Assembly: GCA_965601925.1 (NCBI GenBank)
Contig: OZ271854.1
Location: 1,344,001 to 1,408,000, forward strand
Source of the DNA: Alkalispirochaeta sp.
GTDB lineage: Bacteria > Spirochaetota > Spirochaetia > DSM-27196 > Alkalispirochaetaceae
DNA: 64,000 nt
Direction of reading: 5' to 3'
Part shown: positions 38,622-47,982 of the stretch, piece after piece
Layout: each line of letters opens with the position of its first letter
Position numbering within the stretch: position 1 is the stretch's first letter
Notes under the pieces: model-generated
The model's database searches: none
Seen by the model: only the letters and a program-made list of their open reading frames with translations
What the model was told of the DNA's origin: nothing
Translations under genes and position numbers: made by a program

Positions 38622-39890
38622 ATGACGCGAACGGAGTTTTATGCCCGCTACGCCGACATCGTAGCGCATATCGGGCTCAACATTCAGCGCGAACAGGAGG
38701 TATTCGTTAATGCTCCGATCGAAGCGACGGAGTTTCTGCCTTACTTCGCGCGCGCGGCGTACCGACGCGGTGCGAAGTACGTGCACGTAGAGTACCGCCA
38801 GCAAGCAGTGACGAGAACCCGCCTCGAGGAGGCGTATGCCGAGTCGCTCTCCTACGTCCCTCCCGGGCGCTTTGCCGAGCGTTTGCGCGTCGCCCGATCG
38901 GGCGGCGCGTACTTGGGAATTTCGGGCGAGGATCCGATGGGGTTGGGCGGCGTCGAGGCAAGCCGTCGAAAACCGTGGGCCAAGGCAATCGCCGAGGCGC
39001 GCGAAGAGATTCGTACACTCACTATGGAGAATCGTTTTCCGTGGTGCGTCGTAAGCATGCCGAACCCGGCATGGGCCGGGGTCGTCTTTCCCGATTTAGA
39101 CCGGGAGTCGGCACTCGATGCACTATTCGACGCGGTGTCTCACGTGTGTCGCCTCGATACCGATGATCCGCTCTCCGCGTGGCGCGCACACTCGCGCGAG
39201 CTCTCGAGTATCGCCGCGTGGTTGACCGATCAGGCGTTCGATCGCTTTCATTACCGCGCGCCCGGGACGGACCTCACGATCGGCATGCCGCCCCGCCAGC
39301 AGTGGATCGGTACCGGCAGCCGATCGGACGGCGGCGTTGAGTTTATCGCCAACCTTCCCACCGACGAAGTGTTCTCGGCTCCGGACTGGCGGCGCGTGGA
39401 CGGGCGCGTGCGTTCGACGCGGCCGATCGTCGTCTCGGGAAACAATCTCGGAATCGCCGAGTTCGTCGTGCGCGACGGACGTATCGTCGAGGCTCATTGC
39501 GGGGGTGATGAGGCCGTTCTTCTACAGGAGCTCGACCTGGACGATCGAGCCCGCTACTTCGGCGAGATCGCGCTGGTCTCTCAGGACGCGCCGATCGCCC
39601 GGCTCGGAACGACATTTTTCGACATGCTGTACGACGAGAATGCGGGATGCCATCTCGCGTTCGGGGCCGCGTATCCGGGATGCGTCGCCGGCGGTGAGGC
39701 GATGGACGCCGCGGCCAAGAAAGAGGCGGGTCTCAACGTCAGTGGACAACACCTCGATTTTACCGTCGGCTCCGACAAGCTCACGATTACCGCGACGCGC
39801 CTCGACGGTCGTACGTTTCCGCTCATGCGCGAGGGACGGTGGAGCGACGAGCTCGTCGATGCCGCGTCTCTCGCCGGCCGGAACGGATAG
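38622..39890 (+). CDS. M29 family aminopeptidase (AmpS/aminopeptidase T-like)
   Basis: GLNIQ, AYRRGAKYV, ANLPTDEVF, GEIALV, YDENAGCHLAFG, HLDF motifs; start placed at ATG 38622. Confidence 0.9.
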   Translation: MTRTEFYARYADIVAHIGLNIQREQEVFVNAPIEATEFLPYFARAAYRRGAKYVHVEYRQQAVTRTRLEEAYAESLSYVPPGRFAERLRVARSGGAYLGISGEDPMGLGGVEASRRKPWAKAIAEAREEIRTLTMENRFPWCVVSMPNPAWAGVVFPDLDRESALDALFDAVSHVCRLDTDDPLSAWRAHSRELSSIAAWLTDQAFDRFHYRAPGTDLTIGMPPRQQWIGTGSRSDGGVEFIANLPTDEVFSAPDWRRVDGRVRSTRPIVVSGNNLGIAEFVVRDGRIVEAHCGGDEAVLLQELDLDDRARYFGEIALVSQDAPIARLGTTFFDMLYDENAGCHLAFGAAYPGCVAGGEAMDAAAKKEAGLNVSGQHLDFTVGSDKLTITATRLDGRTFPLMREGRWSDELVDAASLAGRNG

Positions 39891-40052
39891 CGCCCGCCAC
39901 GGGCGACGAGTACGAAGAGCGCGGCCTCTTCCGCGAACGTGGTACGACCGGCGGATTCACAGCCGAAGATCTCGTAACGATGCCGTCGTCGTCGTACACC
40001 ATGATCTCGTAGCGGGCGACTCTCGGATCGGCGTTACATCCTCGATGCGACG

Positions 40053-41720
40053 TTACCGGTCGATCGCTTCGTCGCGTCGCCGTTGATCGAGAAACGCATG
40101 TACCGCCGAGATGACGACGGATCCCTCGCCCACCGCGGAGGCGACGCGCTTGACCGAGCCGGATCGAACGTCACCGACGGCAAAAACGCCGGGACACGAG
40201 GTGGCGTAGCCGTCGAGATCCGCTCCGGCGTCGCGGCCGGTCAGGACAAATCCCTTGTCGTCAAGGGCGACCCGGCCGCCGAGCCACTCGGTTTTGGGCG
40301 CCGCGCCGATCATGATAAAGAGTGCTCGCGTACCGATCGTCGTCTCCTCACCGGTGTCGCGGTTGCGAATCGTCGCCGATGTGAGAGCGTCGTCGCCCCC
40401 AAGGTAGGAGATCTCCGAGTGGGTCCACAGCCGTATTCTGTCGTCGCTCTCGATTCGGTCGGAGAGGTACGACGACATGGTGGCGGCGAGCCCGTCGCCC
40501 CGAACGACGACGTGCGTGCACGTTGCGTAACGCGAGAGAAACATCGCCGCCTGTCCCGCGGAGTTTCCGCCGCCGATAATGACTACCTCGGTGTCGCGGC
40601 AAAAACGCGCCTCTAAGTCGGTCGCCGCGTAATAGACGCCGCGCCCCTCGAACTCTTCCAACCGGTCGAGAGGCAATCGGCGATATTGCACTCCGTTGGC
40701 AAGTACGACCGAGCGTCCGCTCACGCACCGGCCGTCGTCCAGCTCGAGGGTATAACAGTCCGGCCCCGACAGGAGTTTGACGGCGCGACGCGGCACGGTA
40801 AGACGGGCGCCGAACTTCACCGCCTGGACCTCGCCCAGATAGGCGAGCTCGGAGCCGGCGATGCCCATCGGAAATCCGAGATAGTTTTCAATCCGCGACG
40901 AGGTGCCCGCCTGACCGCCGATCGCGGTATCCTCGATCGCAAGCACGCTCAAGCCCTCGGACGCAGCGTATACCGATGCCGCGAGTCCCGCCGGGCCGGC
41001 GCCGACCACCACCACGTCGAACGGCTCGGTCACGTCGGCGCCGAGATCGAGTCCTAACGCGACGGCGAGCTCCCGCGGCGACGGCGAAACGAGCACGCGG
41101 GAACGCCCGATGACCGCCGCGGCGCCGGACTCGGGGAGCTCACAATACTCGGTCAGCTCGGCGAGCGCCTCCGTATCTCGACGATCGATCCACCGATGAG
41201 GTATCCGACTTCGCCCCGCAAACTCGCGCAGGCGCAACGCCGACGCATCGTCTTCGGTACCGACGATCACCAGTCCACCCTCGCCCCACTGCATAAGCAG
41301 CCGACGACGCGCAGCAAAGGCGGTGACCACGATGTCGGCTACTTCGGGAACGGTTGCGATAAGATCCAACAGCTTCCGCAGCGCAACGACGATTACCCGC
41401 GATTCCGCGCCCGCGACGCCGGCGAAAAACGTCTTCTGTCCCATCAACATGCCGAGCTCGCCGACGAAATGGCCGGCCTCGATGTGAACGATCACGCGAT
41501 TCTCCGCCCGGTCGACGATGTCGACGGAGCCTTCCACGACATAGATAAAGTCGTAAGACGGCTCAGCTACCTCGAATAGTACGTCGCCGGCCCGCACGGT
41601 GCGCTCTTCGCCGGCGCGACGAAACGTATCGATCGTATCCTCGTCCAATCGGGGCCACGCCGTCTCTTCCAACGCGGTTTTTGGTGTGGATGTTCTGGGA
41701 ATGCGGTTCGTGAGTGCCAT
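40053..41720 (-). CDS. Cyclic-nucleotide-binding-domain thioredoxin-reductase-like flavoprotein
   Basis: N-terminal cNMP domain (AGDVLF..VVEGSV..FVGELGML); GAGPAGL, GGQAGTSSRIENYLGF, GGGNSAGQ, FAVGDVRSGSVKRVASAVGEG. Confidence 0.88.
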   Translation of the reverse strand: MALTNRIPRTSTPKTALEETAWPRLDEDTIDTFRRAGEERTVRAGDVLFEVAEPSYDFIYVVEGSVDIVDRAENRVIVHIEAGHFVGELGMLMGQKTFFAGVAGAESRVIVVALRKLLDLIATVPEVADIVVTAFAARRRLLMQWGEGGLVIVGTEDDASALRLREFAGRSRIPHRWIDRRDTEALAELTEYCELPESGAAAVIGRSRVLVSPSPRELAVALGLDLGADVTEPFDVVVVGAGPAGLAASVYAASEGLSVLAIEDTAIGGQAGTSSRIENYLGFPMGIAGSELAYLGEVQAVKFGARLTVPRRAVKLLSGPDCYTLELDDGRCVSGRSVVLANGVQYRRLPLDRLEEFEGRGVYYAATDLEARFCRDTEVVIIGGGNSAGQAAMFLSRYATCTHVVVRGDGLAATMSSYLSDRIESDDRIRLWTHSEISYLGGDDALTSATIRNRDTGEETTIGTRALFIMIGAAPKTEWLGGRVALDDKGFVLTGRDAGADLDGYATSCPGVFAVGDVRSGSVKRVASAVGEGSVVISAVHAFLDQRRRDEAIDR

Positions 41721-41761
41721 GTCCGGAGAATATACGCACACCGCACTACACTCGTCCCCGA

Positions 41762-42967
41762 CTACACGGGCGTGTACCGAACCGGGCCATCGAGGGCCCC
41801 AACGAGGTGTCGATACGGATCCCAGGGATACTCCGCCGCAAACGGACGCCACAGCGCGGAGAACGCCTCGTTTTCGGCGGTCGGGTCGGGCCACGAATCA
41901 ACGGCGTGGGGATTCTCGCCGATGAGATTATCGTCGACGGCGAAGGTCTCGAGAACGGCTTCTCCGGTCAGGCGGGCGTGAGTCACCGCCGGCAGGGTAC
42001 GCCGGAGATCCTCCGCCAACAGGCGGAAGGCCGCCAGACCGGGCAGCCCGCTTGCCCCACTCTCTTTTTCCGCCCAGGTGTGGGGGGCGTGGTCGCTCTC
42101 GATCCAGTCGAGGTCGCAGGCTGTGAGGCGGTCGTACAGCGCGGTGCGGAGGGCGGGCTCGCGGAGCGGCGGATTCACGTTGAACTCGGCAGGCGGCTTG
42201 CGAGATGAGTCGGAACGCACTCCATCTCGATCGCCGCGCCGAGCCGCCGAACGGACGATATCGGTGTCGAGCAAGGCGTGGTGCGGTGTAGTAGCGCCGG
42301 TTAATCGAAAGGGAAGACCGCCGCGCTCCCGGACAATGATCTCTACCGTATCGGGGACGCTGATATGACAGATGTGCAGCGTACCGCGAAAGCCCGCCGC
42401 CTCGGCTAAGTCGATTTGCGTCTGGACCGATGCGATCTCGGCGACCGTCGGCCGCGCGTCGCTGTGGCTCTCCGGGCGCGCCGGGTCCCACAGATCGGGC
42501 CGGAGGAGCTCTTCCCGTTCCGCGTGGACGGCAACCACACCGCGATACTCGCACTCCGCCAAGGTGCGCCACACGGCGAACTGTTGCGATGCCGCGGTGA
42601 CGCCCATGCGTCCGGTACTGTGCCCGGCGTAGAGCTTGAAACCCACCACGCGCGGAAAGCGATCACGGTGTACGGCGACGGCCTCGCGCACCTGATCGAG
42701 ATCGTCGGTGAGCCCCATGTACATGCCGTGAAAGAGGCCGGCCGAGGCGGCCTCGCCGGTCGTATCCGGAAGCCTCAAGCGCGCCGCGTCACCGTCGGCG
42801 ATGCGCTTTTCCACCGCTTTGCGATCGGTAATCGCCGGCGCGGTGTTGGGCATCTCGAACAGAGCGCTTACGCCGGCGCGCCAGGCGACGGCAAATCCGT
42901 GGGCGATCGTCTCTTTGGCGGCTTGATTCCAGTCGCGCAAATGAACATGGGGATCGATGAGTTTCAT
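41762..42967 (-). CDS. pyrC: Dihydroorotase
   Basis: AAAGGAG RBS; IDPHVHLR, EMPNT, HAE, HICHIS, TPHH, NPPLR, SDHAPH; pyr context. Confidence 0.88.
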   Translation of the reverse strand: MKLIDPHVHLRDWNQAAKETIAHGFAVAWRAGVSALFEMPNTAPAITDRKAVEKRIADGDAARLRLPDTTGEAASAGLFHGMYMGLTDDLDQVREAVAVHRDRFPRVVGFKLYAGHSTGRMGVTAASQQFAVWRTLAECEYRGVVAVHAEREELLRPDLWDPARPESHSDARPTVAEIASVQTQIDLAEAAGFRGTLHICHISVPDTVEIIVRERGGLPFRLTGATTPHHALLDTDIVRSAARRGDRDGVRSDSSRKPPAEFNVNPPLREPALRTALYDRLTACDLDWIESDHAPHTWAEKESGASGLPGLAAFRLLAEDLRRTLPAVTHARLTGEAVLETFAVDDNLIGENPHAVDSWPDPTAENEAFSALWRPFAAEYPWDPYRHLVGALDGPVRYTPV

Positions 42968-43203
42968 GAACGCTCCTTTGGAGATGGGTGGCGCAGTTGT
43001 GAGGAAACCTCCGTCGGTGTACCGATTACCCGCGCCATCGTCGTCAAATATATACCGACGACCGCAGGTGTGTGGAGAGTCGGGAGTGTCGTGCACCGGT
43101 ACTCCGTATCTTCACGGTGCTCGCCGTGCAGTGCCGGCCCCTTCGTACGACGAACGCTCTTGTACGATCCATCTCCTATTGATTGATAACGCGAGAAGCG
43201 TTA

Positions 43204-43235
43204 TGTTACTAATTAATCTTGGTACATTGGTAACA
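43204..43235. promoter_or_regulatory. Inverted repeat, putative operator
   Basis: TGTTACTAAT (43204-43213), 12 nt, ATTGGTAACA (43226-43235): 9/10 complementary, in an AT-rich tract just upstream of the RBS. Confidence 0.45.
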
Positions 43236-43250
43236 CAAAGGAGCAGGAGA

Positions 43251-43517
43251 ATGGACGTCGCGAATCGAGATACGTCACACGGACCGATTGAACGAGTGCA
43301 AACCGGCGTACGAGTCGAAAAGAGACTCCTGAAGGTTCTCAAAGCTCTTGCGGAATACTTAGATATCTCGCTCGGAGATCTCATTGAGGGAATCACACTT
43401 CATTCCTTTGAGGGTCGAAGCCCGTTCGACGAAGCGATGCAGCGACGGATCGCGGCCCTCAAAGAGATCTATGAAATGGACTACGATGCAACGGCGAGTC
43501 ATCGTCTCGTCGAGTAG
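43251..43517 (+). CDS. Small protein, possible ribbon-helix-helix DNA-binding protein
   Basis: AGGAG RBS; RVQTGVRVEKRLLKVLKALAEYLDISLGDLIEGI shows a strand-helix-helix pattern. Confidence 0.7.
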   Translation: MDVANRDTSHGPIERVQTGVRVEKRLLKVLKALAEYLDISLGDLIEGITLHSFEGRSPFDEAMQRRIAALKEIYEMDYDATASHRLVE

Positions 43518-43532
43518 TGATCGGAGGATGCG

Positions 43533-44030
43533 ATGGGAGGCGGACACTTTGTATCAAAGCGGGTATCACGGACGAGCACGATTGCGATCGATGCGTCTCC
43601 GGACGAGGCGTTTGTGTTATTTGGACCGATTGTGGAGCAAAGGTGGGCGGCGGAATGGCGGCCGACCGTGCTCTATGGGGAGGGCGACCCGATCGAGGAG
43701 CGTATGGTGTTCCTTACCGCGTCGCACCACGACGATGGTAGGGCCGTTTGGATCGTGTCGCGATACGAGCCGGAACACCACCTCATCGAGTACACCGTCT
43801 ATACGCCGGATAGAGTGTGGTGGATAACGATACGGTGTCGTCTCGCGGGGAGCGGCGGAGCGACAACGGCCGAGATCACCTATACGTACAACGGCCTCAC
43901 CGAGAGAGGCAACGCATTGATCGGCGCGGAGCTCGACGCGATGTACTCCGAGAACCTCCGCAACTGGCAGAGAGCAATCAATCGCTACGTGGAGACCGGC
44001 GAGGCGAGCTCCCTCCACGACGGCGCGTAA
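43533..44030 (+). CDS. SRPBCC/polyketide-cyclase-like protein
   Basis: GGAGG RBS; TIAIDASPDEAFVLF..W N-terminus, beta-rich core and C-terminal helix (WQRAINRYVETG). Confidence 0.65.
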   Translation: MGGGHFVSKRVSRTSTIAIDASPDEAFVLFGPIVEQRWAAEWRPTVLYGEGDPIEERMVFLTASHHDDGRAVWIVSRYEPEHHLIEYTVYTPDRVWWITIRCRLAGSGGATTAEITYTYNGLTERGNALIGAELDAMYSENLRNWQRAINRYVETGEASSLHDGA

Positions 44031-44082
44031 CGGATTATGCACGGCGAGCTACGTCGTGATCACACGTCGGGAGGCGTTATCG

Positions 44083-44427
44083 ATGAGATGTACCGCACGA
44101 CGCGCCTTTTTCTGGGCACCTCGGACTCTGTGTATTCTATTTATTGCGTTCGTGAGTGCGTTCGCCCTCGACGTATTCCACGAAGGGTACAGCATCGGCG
44201 AAGCGATTATCGCATTCCTCATGCACCTCGTTCCGACATATCTCCTCATAGTCGCGCTCCTCATTGCGTGGCGGTGGGAGGGCATCGGGGCGGTTCTATT
44301 TGCGGCCCTGGGGTTCGCCTATTTGATTACGAGCGGATGGGACGCGTGGGTGATATCGGGACCGATGTTCCTCGTAGCGGCACTCTTCCTCCTCGGTCGA
44401 TTCTTCGGTCGAAGGCCCGATCGCTGA
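44083..44427 (+). CDS. Small integral membrane protein
   Basis: GGGAGG RBS; about four TM helices (WAPRTLCILFIAFVSAFALDVF, FLMHLVP). Confidence 0.7.
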   Translation: MRCTARRAFFWAPRTLCILFIAFVSAFALDVFHEGYSIGEAIIAFLMHLVPTYLLIVALLIAWRWEGIGAVLFAALGFAYLITSGWDAWVISGPMFLVAALFLLGRFFGRRPDR

Positions 44428-44447
44428 GTATCGCCGATAGCACGCGT

Positions 44448-46355
44448 TCAGTCTCCAGTGTCTTGTGCGAGGGACGCGCTTCCGGCATCGGGAATGCGCT
44501 GGGGCGCCGACGGCGTGTCGTCGGGCCACCGCTCGGCGGTGACGAATGTGCCGTGCTGACACGTAAGAACTCCTTCGTGGTGGCATAGGCCGCACAGGCC
44601 GACGCCGCACATCATTCGCTGCTCCAACGAGACGTGAACGCCGGACGGCGGGATACCGGAGCGCAGCGCGATCCGCACGGCGCGACGCATGAACGGCTCC
44701 GGTCCGATCGCAAAAAAGAGTCGCTCCGGGCGCCGGCGAGGCTCGGTAGGCGGACGCTCGGCGCGCGTGCCGCCGCTATACTTCGACGATTCGCCGAGCG
44801 CCCGTTCAACGATGGTAATCACGCGACCGAGCTCCCCATCGTCGTTCACGCGGTGCAGTTCTCCGTAGCGCCGAATCGCCGACTCCAGCGGTGTTCCCGT
44901 TTCCGCCGATCGCATGCCGATCCACGTCTCCACCGCTATGCGGGACGCGGCAAGGGACGCGGCGAGTGCAGGAACAAGGGCCGTCCCGCTCCCGGCGGCG
45001 ACGATCGTCGCGTGCGTCACGTGCGCTCCGGCGGAGCGATACGGATGCGTGACGACGCCGCTCCCGTCGCCGTAGGGACCGCGAACATATACGGTGTCTC
45101 CGGGACGCAGCGCACACAACGCCGCCGATACCGGACCGCGCCGCCGCACGAGGAAGGTGGCCGGAGATGCCAAGGCCGGCGAATACGGCTTCTCTCCCAC
45201 CCCGGGAATCCACAAAAAACACGCGGCTCCCGCCGAAAAGGGGAGCTCGCCTTCCAGCTCTATTTCGTAGAGGTCGGCGTCCAAACCGCGCACCTCCCGA
45301 ACGACGCGGGATCGGAACGCCATCTCGGCCGATGTACGGTAATGGAACGCGTGCGACGACCGGAAGGGCTCATCTTCGGTCGATACGGGTGACGAATCGG
45401 TGTGTCCCAAGCTCACGGCCGAAAAGAAATGCGGCCACTCCCGCTGATGTACCAACGCCAGGGCGCTTCCCACCCCTACGATGTCGGCACCGGCCTCACG
45501 CATGCGCAGAGCGTCCTCCGGTCGCTCCACTCCTCCCATTCCGATGATCGGTATCGCAGGTCCTACGGCATGACGAATCGCGGCGACGCACTCTACGGCT
45601 CGGTCGCGAATCCATCGGCCGCTCCGCCCGCCCCTTCCGCGGAGCGTCTCACGTTCATCCGCGGTACTCGCCCAGACGGGGGCTCGGTTGGTCAGGATAA
45701 CTGCGCCGCTTTCCGGCTCACGGTACTGCTCGGGACCCACGGTGTTGATCGCGGTAATGCCGGCGGCGCCCGCTTCGACGGCTCGACGTGCGATCGCGCC
45801 GATATCGCCGACATTCGGGGTAAGCTTGGCAAAGACCGGGATGCGCTCGCCGTCGACAATCGCCGCTCCTGCGGCCGCGGCGGTGCACTCGGCTACGGCG
45901 CGTGGATCACATCCGATCGCCGAACCGTAGCCGCCGTGGGCGTGTGGGCAGCTCAGATTGAGTTCGATCAGGTCGGCGAAGGGCGCCAACGCTCGCACAA
46001 GCTCGGCGAACTCGGCAGCATCGTGCGCCGCTACCGAGATACCGAGGAGCACGTCGCGACGCCACTCCGCTCTTTTTCGTGTCAACGCGTGCAGTTCCGC
46101 AATCGTCGCCTCGAGGCCCGAGTTGCGGAGCCCTACGGCGTTGCCGAAGCTCCCGGGCTGCGGTTCGGTGATGATCGGCTCACGGTTGCCGGCGTTGGGG
46201 TGACGCTGAATGCTCTTGGTCGTAACGACTCGCACCGAGGTGTTGCGGGCAAACCAATCGATCATCGCCGCGTTGGTTGAGGCTACCCCGCTCACCGTGG
46301 CCAGTCCGATCGGCCCGCCACGTCGGTGTAAGCCGGCAAACGAGACTCGATCCAT
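44448..46355 (-). CDS. pyrD: Fused dihydroorotate dehydrogenase (PyrD) and electron-transfer subunit (PyrK)
   Basis: PyrD motifs TTKS, NAVGLRN, ELNLSCPH, KLTPN, INT, IIGMGGV; PyrK-like EKPYS, RGPYG, AAGSG and 2Fe-2S motif CGVGLCGLC..C; TGATG coupling to pyrF. Confidence 0.85.
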   Translation of the reverse strand: MDRVSFAGLHRRGGPIGLATVSGVASTNAAMIDWFARNTSVRVVTTKSIQRHPNAGNREPIITEPQPGSFGNAVGLRNSGLEATIAELHALTRKRAEWRRDVLLGISVAAHDAAEFAELVRALAPFADLIELNLSCPHAHGGYGSAIGCDPRAVAECTAAAAGAAIVDGERIPVFAKLTPNVGDIGAIARRAVEAGAAGITAINTVGPEQYREPESGAVILTNRAPVWASTADERETLRGRGGRSGRWIRDRAVECVAAIRHAVGPAIPIIGMGGVERPEDALRMREAGADIVGVGSALALVHQREWPHFFSAVSLGHTDSSPVSTEDEPFRSSHAFHYRTSAEMAFRSRVVREVRGLDADLYEIELEGELPFSAGAACFLWIPGVGEKPYSPALASPATFLVRRRGPVSAALCALRPGDTVYVRGPYGDGSGVVTHPYRSAGAHVTHATIVAAGSGTALVPALAASLAASRIAVETWIGMRSAETGTPLESAIRRYGELHRVNDDGELGRVITIVERALGESSKYSGGTRAERPPTEPRRRPERLFFAIGPEPFMRRAVRIALRSGIPPSGVHVSLEQRMMCGVGLCGLCHHEGVLTCQHGTFVTAERWPDDTPSAPQRIPDAGSASLAQDTGD

Positions 46356-47263
46356 CACGGGTCCCACCGCAGCGCCGTGTGCAGTGAGGTGACCGCTGCG
46401 GCGACGGCGTTACGCCAGTCGGTCGGGACCGCGGCTTTCCTCGCCGCCCAGGGAAAGAGCGCACCGCTTGACGCATTGATGCGGACCATGTGAGGCGGGT
46501 AGCCGGTGTCCCGGATGATGCGAAGCACCTCGGGTGCCGAACCGCCCTGACGGCCGACACCGGGAATGAGCACCGGAATCGGTCGAGCGCGAAGGGCGCG
46601 TAAGCTCGCCTCCAGCTCTTCGGGAGCCGTTGCACCCAGAACGACTCCGGCCGACGGATGGTGATTCGCCCACTCCGTCACGGCGTCCGCGACGATGCGA
46701 TAGAGAGGAGAGCCGTCGATGAGGAGATTCTGAAACCGTGCGGAGCCGGGATTACTCGTCCGGGCAAGAAGGTATACACCCCGCGAGGCCGTCTCAGCGG
46801 CACGGAGGAACGGCTCGACCGAGTCGTCGCCCATCCACGGCGAGACGGTGACCGCATCGGCCCGCCACGCGCGAAAAGCCTCCTCGGCGTAGTTGGCGCT
46901 GGAGCGCGCAATGTCACCGCGCTTGGCGTCGAGAATCACCGGCACGTCGGGCATCCGCCGCCGCAGGAGTCGCAGGGTCGCCGCAAGCGCCTCGGACCCG
47001 GCGAATCGCGCCGCCCCGTCGTCGAGGGGACGATCGTTGGCGGTGAAGTACCCGATGTTCGGTTTGAACGCAGCGGGTCGAATCCGCGCCTCGTCGAACG
47101 CATCGAGCGCGACCTCCACAAGCGTTAGGACGGCGTCGACGTCGGCAGGTCCGCCGTAGCGACGTAGTTCGACGGGAAGCCACTCCACCACCGGATCGAT
47201 ACCGAGGCAGAGGAGGGAACCCGCCTCCCGGGCGCTGTACTCCAAACGGTCGCGATAGCTCAC
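46355..47263 (-). CDS. pyrF: Orotidine-5'-phosphate decarboxylase
   Basis: LCLGIDP, FKPN, ILDAKRGDI, RTSNPG, GAT, LIPGVGRQGG; GTG 47263 overlaps pyrE stop. Confidence 0.92.
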   Translation of the reverse strand: MSYRDRLEYSAREAGSLLCLGIDPVVEWLPVELRRYGGPADVDAVLTLVEVALDAFDEARIRPAAFKPNIGYFTANDRPLDDGAARFAGSEALAATLRLLRRRMPDVPVILDAKRGDIARSSANYAEEAFRAWRADAVTVSPWMGDDSVEPFLRAAETASRGVYLLARTSNPGSARFQNLLIDGSPLYRIVADAVTEWANHHPSAGVVLGATAPEELEASLRALRARPIPVLIPGVGRQGGSAPEVLRIIRDTGYPPHMVRINASSGALFPWAARKAAVPTDWRNAVAAAVTSLHTALRWDP

Positions 47264-47982
47264 GGGTGTCGCTCCTGCCAGTCGAAGGGGTCGGCCAGCC
47301 ACTCATCCATGCTCAGGCGGTCCGCTCCCGCGATATCGCCGCGCTCGATCGCGACCGCGAGTAAGTCGTCCATGGAGAAGATCGTCCTCGTCTCGCATCG
47401 CCCGGGCAGCGCTGAAAAACGCGTCTCTACCGCGGCGAACCCGTAGGAAAAGATGGCCAGACACAGCGGTACGTCCGCCCCGGCCTCCATGAGCGCCTCT
47501 GCGGCCGCCGCCGCACTTCCCCCCGTAGAGAGCAGATCCTCCACCAGGAGGATTCGCGCACGCGTCTCGCGGCCGACGGATTGAAACGGAGGGACGGAAG
47601 CGAGCTCCGCGGGACTCAGTCCTTCGATCCGCCGTTTGAGACCGTGTCCCTTAGCGGCGCCGCGAACGTAGAAGAAGTCGAGCCCCGTCGCTTCGGCCAC
47701 GAGGAGCGCCGGCGCGATTCCCGCGCTTGCCGTCCCGGCGACACCGTCCCACGAGTCGACGCCACCGGCGGACTTCAACAGCGCAAGGAGCCCGTCGCGG
47801 ACCAGCTCTCGCCCCCGCGGATACCGCAATAAGAGACGGTTGTCGTTGTACACCGGCATGCGATACCCCGAGGCCCATGTAACCGGATCGCGAGGCACAA
47901 TGCGAAAGGCACCGACCTCCAACGCAAATCCCGCCAACTCCGCCCCCACCACTTTTCGGGAGGGGCTCACGCCTTCGCTCAT
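47260..47982 (-). CDS. pyrE: Orotate phosphoribosyltransferase
   Basis: WASG..PVYNDNR, YVRGAAKGHG, VEDLLSTGGS; ATG 47982 overlaps pyrBI stop, GGAGG RBS. Confidence 0.92.
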   Translation of the reverse strand: MSEGVSPSRKVVGAELAGFALEVGAFRIVPRDPVTWASGYRMPVYNDNRLLLRYPRGRELVRDGLLALLKSAGGVDSWDGVAGTASAGIAPALLVAEATGLDFFYVRGAAKGHGLKRRIEGLSPAELASVPPFQSVGRETRARILLVEDLLSTGGSAAAAAEALMEAGADVPLCLAIFSYGFAAVETRFSALPGRCETRTIFSMDDLLAVAIERGDIAGADRLSMDEWLADPFDWQERHP

